A stretch of DNA of 64,000 nucleotides from positions 1,886 to 65,885 of the forward strand of contig CAWFVN010000038.1 of the NCBI GenBank assembly GCA_963819225.1, read 5' to 3'. This DNA comes from an uncultured Actinomycetes bacterium. GTDB lineage: Bacteria; Actinomycetota; Thermoleophilia; Gaiellales; Gaiellaceae. The number at the start of each line of letters is the position of its first letter. The stretch's first letter is position 1. A program made the position numbers and the translations under genes. The notes under the pieces are model-generated. The model was not told the origin of the DNA, did no database searches, and worked only from the letters and a program-made list of their open reading frames with translations. Below are positions 60,321 through 64,000 of this stretch, piece after piece.

Positions 60321-61522
60321 TGCTGACTCGGCGCGGGCGTTTGCTGCTCGTGCTCGGCGGCGCCCTGTACGTCGCCGCGTGGGCGTTCGGCTCCCAGCCG
60401 CTGTACCCGGTCGCGATCGGCTTTCTGCTCGCGGTCCTGGTCTCCGCGGTGAGCGTGCACGCCGCTGCGCGTCCGATGGGGTACCGGCGCCGCTCGGACT
60501 CGGTCGAGCACGTGGAGGGCGACGACGTCGTGGTCGACGTCGAGCTCGAGCCCCGGAGCCCGCTCGGGCTTGCGTCGGCGACCGTCGTCGAGCGGTTCGG
60601 CCGGCTCGGCGAGCATCGGGTCCCGCTGAGGCGGGACGGCCGGTTCCTTCGCGGCCGCTACGTGTTGCGGTCGGTCCCGCGCGGTCGCTACCCGCTCGAC
60701 GAAGTGGCCGCGCTCATCGAGGACCCGTTCGGGCTCGAGGAGGGCTGGGTGCCCCTGGCCGAGCAGGGCGCGCTCCTCGTGCTTCCGCGAATCGTCGAGC
60801 TCGACCTGCTTTTCTCGGAGAGCGGGCCACGCGCCCACGACGGTCGCCGGCTCCTGCTCCGCAGACCCTCGGGCTTCGACGTGCACAGCATCCGCGAGTA
60901 CGAGGAAGGCGAGTCGCTCCGGAAGGTGCACTGGAAGTCGACCGCCCGTCGCGGACAGCTGATGGTGAAGGAGCTGCAGGACGAGCCGCGTGATGAGGTC
61001 GCGATCCTCCTGGACGCGGACGCACGCTCGATCGCGGGCGACAGCTTCGACGCACAGGTGCGGGCGGCAGGCTCGCTGCTCCGCACGCAGGTCATCCGCG
61101 ACCGCCGTGCGGTGCTGGTCGTGAACTCGCTCAGGCAGGAAGTGGTGCGCGTGCAGACCGCGCTCGGCGAGTGGCGTCAGGCGCTCGAGACGCTCGCATC
61201 GGTGGAACCGACCGGCCAGGTGCCGCTCGCGGCGCTCCTCGTCGACGACTCGGGCCCGGCGGCTCGCGCGTTCGAGCTCGCGCTCGTCACGTCGCGCCTC
61301 GACGCTGAGCTCGTCGACCGGGTCGTCCACCGCTCGCTCGCCCAGCGCCGCGTCTCGGTCGTGTACGTCGACGCGCCGACGTTCGCCGGCGGTCGCCCGT
61401 CGCGCGAGCCGGGTCTGCTCAGGCTGCAGGCCTCGGGCGTGCCCGTCGCCGTCGTGCGGCGAGGCGACGACCTGAGGTTCGTGCTCGGAGCTGCGATGAG
61501 CGCGGAGGCCGGGCGTGCGTAG
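60320..61522 (+). CDS. DUF58-family protein (vWA-like, MoxR partner)
   Basis: ATG at 60320 overlaps the MoxR stop (TGATG), in frame with ORF 59747-61522. Two N-terminal TM helices and the DUF58 signature IREYEEGESLRKVHWKSTARRGQLMVKE. Confidence 0.8.
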   Translation: MLTRRGRLLLVLGGALYVAAWAFGSQPLYPVAIGFLLAVLVSAVSVHAAARPMGYRRRSDSVEHVEGDDVVVDVELEPRSPLGLASATVVERFGRLGEHRVPLRRDGRFLRGRYVLRSVPRGRYPLDEVAALIEDPFGLEEGWVPLAEQGALLVLPRIVELDLLFSESGPRAHDGRRLLLRRPSGFDVHSIREYEEGESLRKVHWKSTARRGQLMVKELQDEPRDEVAILLDADARSIAGDSFDAQVRAAGSLLRTQVIRDRRAVLVVNSLRQEVVRVQTALGEWRQALETLASVEPTGQVPLAALLVDDSGPAARAFELALVTSRLDAELVDRVVHRSLAQRRVSVVYVDAPTFAGGRPSREPGLLRLQASGVPVAVVRRGDDLRFVLGAAMSAEAGRA

Positions 61523-61554
61523 GACGGCCGGCGCTGGGTCTGCTCGCCGCCTTC

Positions 61555-63729
61555 GTGATCGGCTGGAGCTGGCTCCGGCTCGAACACGGCGAGCTGACGT
61601 GGAGCATTCTCTTCTGGTCGGCCGCAGTTGGCATCGTGCCCGCCCTGCTTCCGAGTAGGCGGCTGCGGCTCGCGGCAGTCCCGGTCGCCGCGTTGCTCGG
61701 GCTCCACCATGCGCTCGGGACCGCGCGACCCGGCGAGGCGTGGAACCGGATCGTCGACGGCTTCTACCTGTACTACGACGTGCCGCTGCCCTTCAACGCA
61801 GGGGCACATCCGCTCATGCACGGACTCGTCGTCCTCGCGGTGTTCGGCTTCACCCTCGCGATCTCGCTCGCTGTCGCCGAGCGCCGCGCGCTGCTCGCAA
61901 CCGGACTGCTGGTCGCGGGAGCTGCCTGGCCGGCCACGCTGCTGACGAGCTCGAACACGGTGGGCCGCGGGGCGGTGATCCTCGTGGCCGCGCTCGTCCT
62001 CCTGGGGGGACTCTCGAACTCGGCGCGCCTTCGGCAGGGCTGGGTCGCCGCGGCCGTTGTCCTCGGCGCGGCCGTCCTGGTCTCGGGCATACCAGCTGTC
62101 GCGAAGGGCGCGTTTCTCCGCTGGGAGAAGTGGGAGCCTTCGAGCAAGAGCGACCTGCCCGTCAGCGTCGGCTTCGTCTGGGACTCGAACTACGCCGCGC
62201 TGGTGTGGCCCGAGCGCAAGACGACGGTGCTGACGATCGAGGCGCCGCCGATCTCGCGCTACTGGCGGGCGACCACGCTCGACGTCTTCAACGGCGACTA
62301 CTGGCTCGAGTCGACGCTCGAGGTGCAGCCGGACCCGCTCTTCGACCCCTTGATGCCGCCTCGGGGCCGCAACGAGAAGCAGCAGCTCGAAGCCCACGTC
62401 AAGGTCGAGGCGCTCCAGGACAACCGGCTGATCGGCGCCAGCGTCCCGGTGCGGTACGAGCTCGACGACGAGGACGAGTTCGTGCTCTACCAGTCGACCG
62501 GCACCGCCTACGTCCCGCGAGGCGTTCCGCGCGGCTCGACCTACACGTCGTGGAGCTACGCGCCGCGGCCGGCGGTGCGCGACCTCGCGCGCTCGGCGCC
62601 GATCTACTCCTCCCAGCTCGACCGCTACCTCGTCGTGCAGTCGCGCACGTCGACGCCGCCCTCGCCGCACTTCGGCTCGCCGGGCGGCTCCAGGCGATGG
62701 ACCGGATCTTCGCCGCAGAACCCGTCGCTGCACGCGTACCGGCCGCTCTACGAGCGCGCGCTCGCGATCGCAGGGGACGCGCCGAGCCCGTACGCGGCCG
62801 TCGTCGAGCTCGAGACGTCGTTCCGCGACGGTCAGAGCTACGTCTACGACCAGAACCCGACGACGAAGGGGGACATTCCGCCGCTCGTCGAGTTCGTGAC
62901 GCGCACGCATCGCGGCTACTGCCAGCACTTCGCCGGGGCGATGGCGCTGATGCTCCGCTACCTCGGGATTCCGGCGCGCGTCGGCGCCGGCTTCACGAGC
63001 GGCTCGTACGACGCGGACAAACGCCGCTGGAAGGTGACCGACCACGACGCGCACACGTGGGTCGAGGTCTGGTTCCGCGGCTTCGGCTGGCTCCCGTTCG
63101 ACCCGACCCCGGGCCGCGGCGACCTCGACGGCGCCTACAGCGCTGCGTCGGTCGGCTTCAACGCCGCCGCGGTGTCCGCGGCGATCGCCGCCGGCCTCGA
63201 CGCTGCGGACTACAAGCTCGACACCGAGCGCTTCGACCGAGGCGGCGCCGTCGGTCGCGCCGCCGACGGGCGCGACGTGCCGGGCGACATCTCCGGGACG
63301 ACGAGCGGCCGGGACGGAGGCAGCCTCCTGCGCCTGCTGCTCCTCGTGGCGCTCGGGCTCGTCGCCGGGATCGGGCTCCTGAAGCTCGCGCTGCGCAAGG
63401 CGCGGTTCCTGACGAGCGACCCGCGCAAGGTGGCGGCCGCCTGTCGCCGCGAGCTGGGCGAGTTCCTCGCCGACCAGAAGATCGCGGTGCCCGAGAGCGC
63501 GACGCCTGCCGAGCTCGGCGAGGTCGTGCGGCAGCAGGTCGCGCACGACGTCGTGCCGTTCGTCGACGCGATGACGGCGGCGCGCTACGGGCCGCCGGAT
63601 CGCGCAGACGAAGCCGCTCGCCGCGCCCGGCGCGAGCTCCGGCGCATCGAGCGCGCGCTGCGACGCCGTCTCTCGGTCTGGGAGCGTGCGCGCGGCCTGG
63701 TCTCGGTTCGGTCGCTCGGCCTGACCTAG
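61555..63729 (+). CDS. transglutaminase-like (TgpA-type) multi-pass membrane protein
   Basis: 724 aa intact ORF. The N-terminus has about 6 TM helices. The Cys-His-Asp core is GYCQHFAGAMALMLRYLGIPARV ... DHDAHTWVEVWFRGFGWLPFDPTP. There is a C-terminal TM helix. Confidence 0.8.
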   Translation: MIGWSWLRLEHGELTWSILFWSAAVGIVPALLPSRRLRLAAVPVAALLGLHHALGTARPGEAWNRIVDGFYLYYDVPLPFNAGAHPLMHGLVVLAVFGFTLAISLAVAERRALLATGLLVAGAAWPATLLTSSNTVGRGAVILVAALVLLGGLSNSARLRQGWVAAAVVLGAAVLVSGIPAVAKGAFLRWEKWEPSSKSDLPVSVGFVWDSNYAALVWPERKTTVLTIEAPPISRYWRATTLDVFNGDYWLESTLEVQPDPLFDPLMPPRGRNEKQQLEAHVKVEALQDNRLIGASVPVRYELDDEDEFVLYQSTGTAYVPRGVPRGSTYTSWSYAPRPAVRDLARSAPIYSSQLDRYLVVQSRTSTPPSPHFGSPGGSRRWTGSSPQNPSLHAYRPLYERALAIAGDAPSPYAAVVELETSFRDGQSYVYDQNPTTKGDIPPLVEFVTRTHRGYCQHFAGAMALMLRYLGIPARVGAGFTSGSYDADKRRWKVTDHDAHTWVEVWFRGFGWLPFDPTPGRGDLDGAYSAASVGFNAAAVSAAIAAGLDAADYKLDTERFDRGGAVGRAADGRDVPGDISGTTSGRDGGSLLRLLLLVALGLVAGIGLLKLALRKARFLTSDPRKVAAACRRELGEFLADQKIAVPESATPAELGEVVRQQVAHDVVPFVDAMTAARYGPPDRADEAARRARRELRRIERALRRRLSVWERARGLVSVRSLGLT

Positions 63730-64000
63730 TGGTCGCGCACGCGATCGTCATGGCGGCGGGCGAGGGGCGGAGGCTCCGCCCGGTCACCGAACGCTGGCCG
63801 AAGCCGGTCCTGCCGATCGACGGGCGGCCGGTGCTCGGAACGCTCCTGCGCGAGCTCGCGGCAGCCGGGATCGAGCGCGCGTTCGTCGTCACGGGGCATC
63901 TCGCCGAGCAGGTCCGGTCGCTCGCAGGCGACGGCGGCGCCTGGGGCCTCGCCGTGAGCGTACGCGGACCAGCCCAGTCCGGACGGGTCCGCCGACGCGG
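63729..64000 (+). CDS. sugar-phosphate nucleotidyltransferase-family protein, 5' part (runs off the right edge; one apparent frameshift near 63965)
   Basis: GTG at 63729 overlaps the upstream TAG. AIVMAAGEGRRLRPVTERWPKPVLPIDGRPVL is the G-x-G-x-R-L nucleotide-binding signature. QPSPDGSADA reads only after a 1-nt shift. Confidence 0.6.
   Translation, partial: MVAHAIVMAAGEGRRLRPVTERWPKPVLPIDGRPVLGTLLRELAAAGIERAFVVTGHLAEQVRSLAGDGGAWGLAVSVRGPAQSGRVRRR

Overview
This 64 kb window is very GC-rich bacterial chromosome. My hand counts give about 73% GC in a typical pyrB line, against 55-62% in a few atypical patches. It carries Actinomycetota hallmarks: whiA directly upstream of gap-pgk-tpiA, mihF-gmk-rpoZ-coaBC, hemQ, and many 1-4 nt start/stop overlaps. 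A Thermoleophilia- or Rubrobacteria-like origin is only a guess from gene order. From left to right the content is as follows. (1) A glycogen-debranching-family gene fragment and two small ORFs. (2) bcp, two membrane proteins and hemQ. (3) A secreted clan-GH-A-like hydrolase, uvrC, a BNR/sialidase-like protein, pruA, ogt and whiA. (4) gap-pgk-tpiA-gpmI. (5) An ECF sigma factor converging on a Ser/Thr kinase operon. (6) An M48 peptidase, a DUF3467 protein, argS and an EamA transporter. (7) glpX converging on a class I aldolase. (8) tRNA-Gly(CCC), then about 10.7 kb of accessory-looking genes, then tRNA-Arg(CCG). (9) An M43 protease, an enolase-superfamily epimerase plus DUF1611 pair, and a second GH-A-like paralog. 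(10) A LysM protein behind two SOS boxes. (11) rnz, a methyltransferase, an M50-CBS protease and a GT-C glycosyltransferase. (12) The pyrimidine operon pyrR-pyrB-pyrC-carA-carB-pyrK-pyrD. (13) mihF-gmk-rpoZ-coaBC. (14) MoxR-DUF58-transglutaminase and a partial nucleotidyltransferase. I found no rRNA, CRISPR array, transposase, integrase, phage module or recognisable defence or toxin-antitoxin system. The sequence carries roughly 50 apparent single-base frameshifts, many in essential genes. I therefore stitched many ORF-track fragments together by eye, and the boundaries of stitched genes are approximate. I did not find a convincing, clearly novel multi-gene system. The best leads are the YneA/ChiZ-like LysM gene with dual LexA boxes, the tRNA-bounded accessory segment with two tandem paralogous secreted proteins of unknown family, the anti-sigma-less ECF sigma abutting a kinase operon, and an unassigned hairpin-rich 580 bp non-coding stretch.
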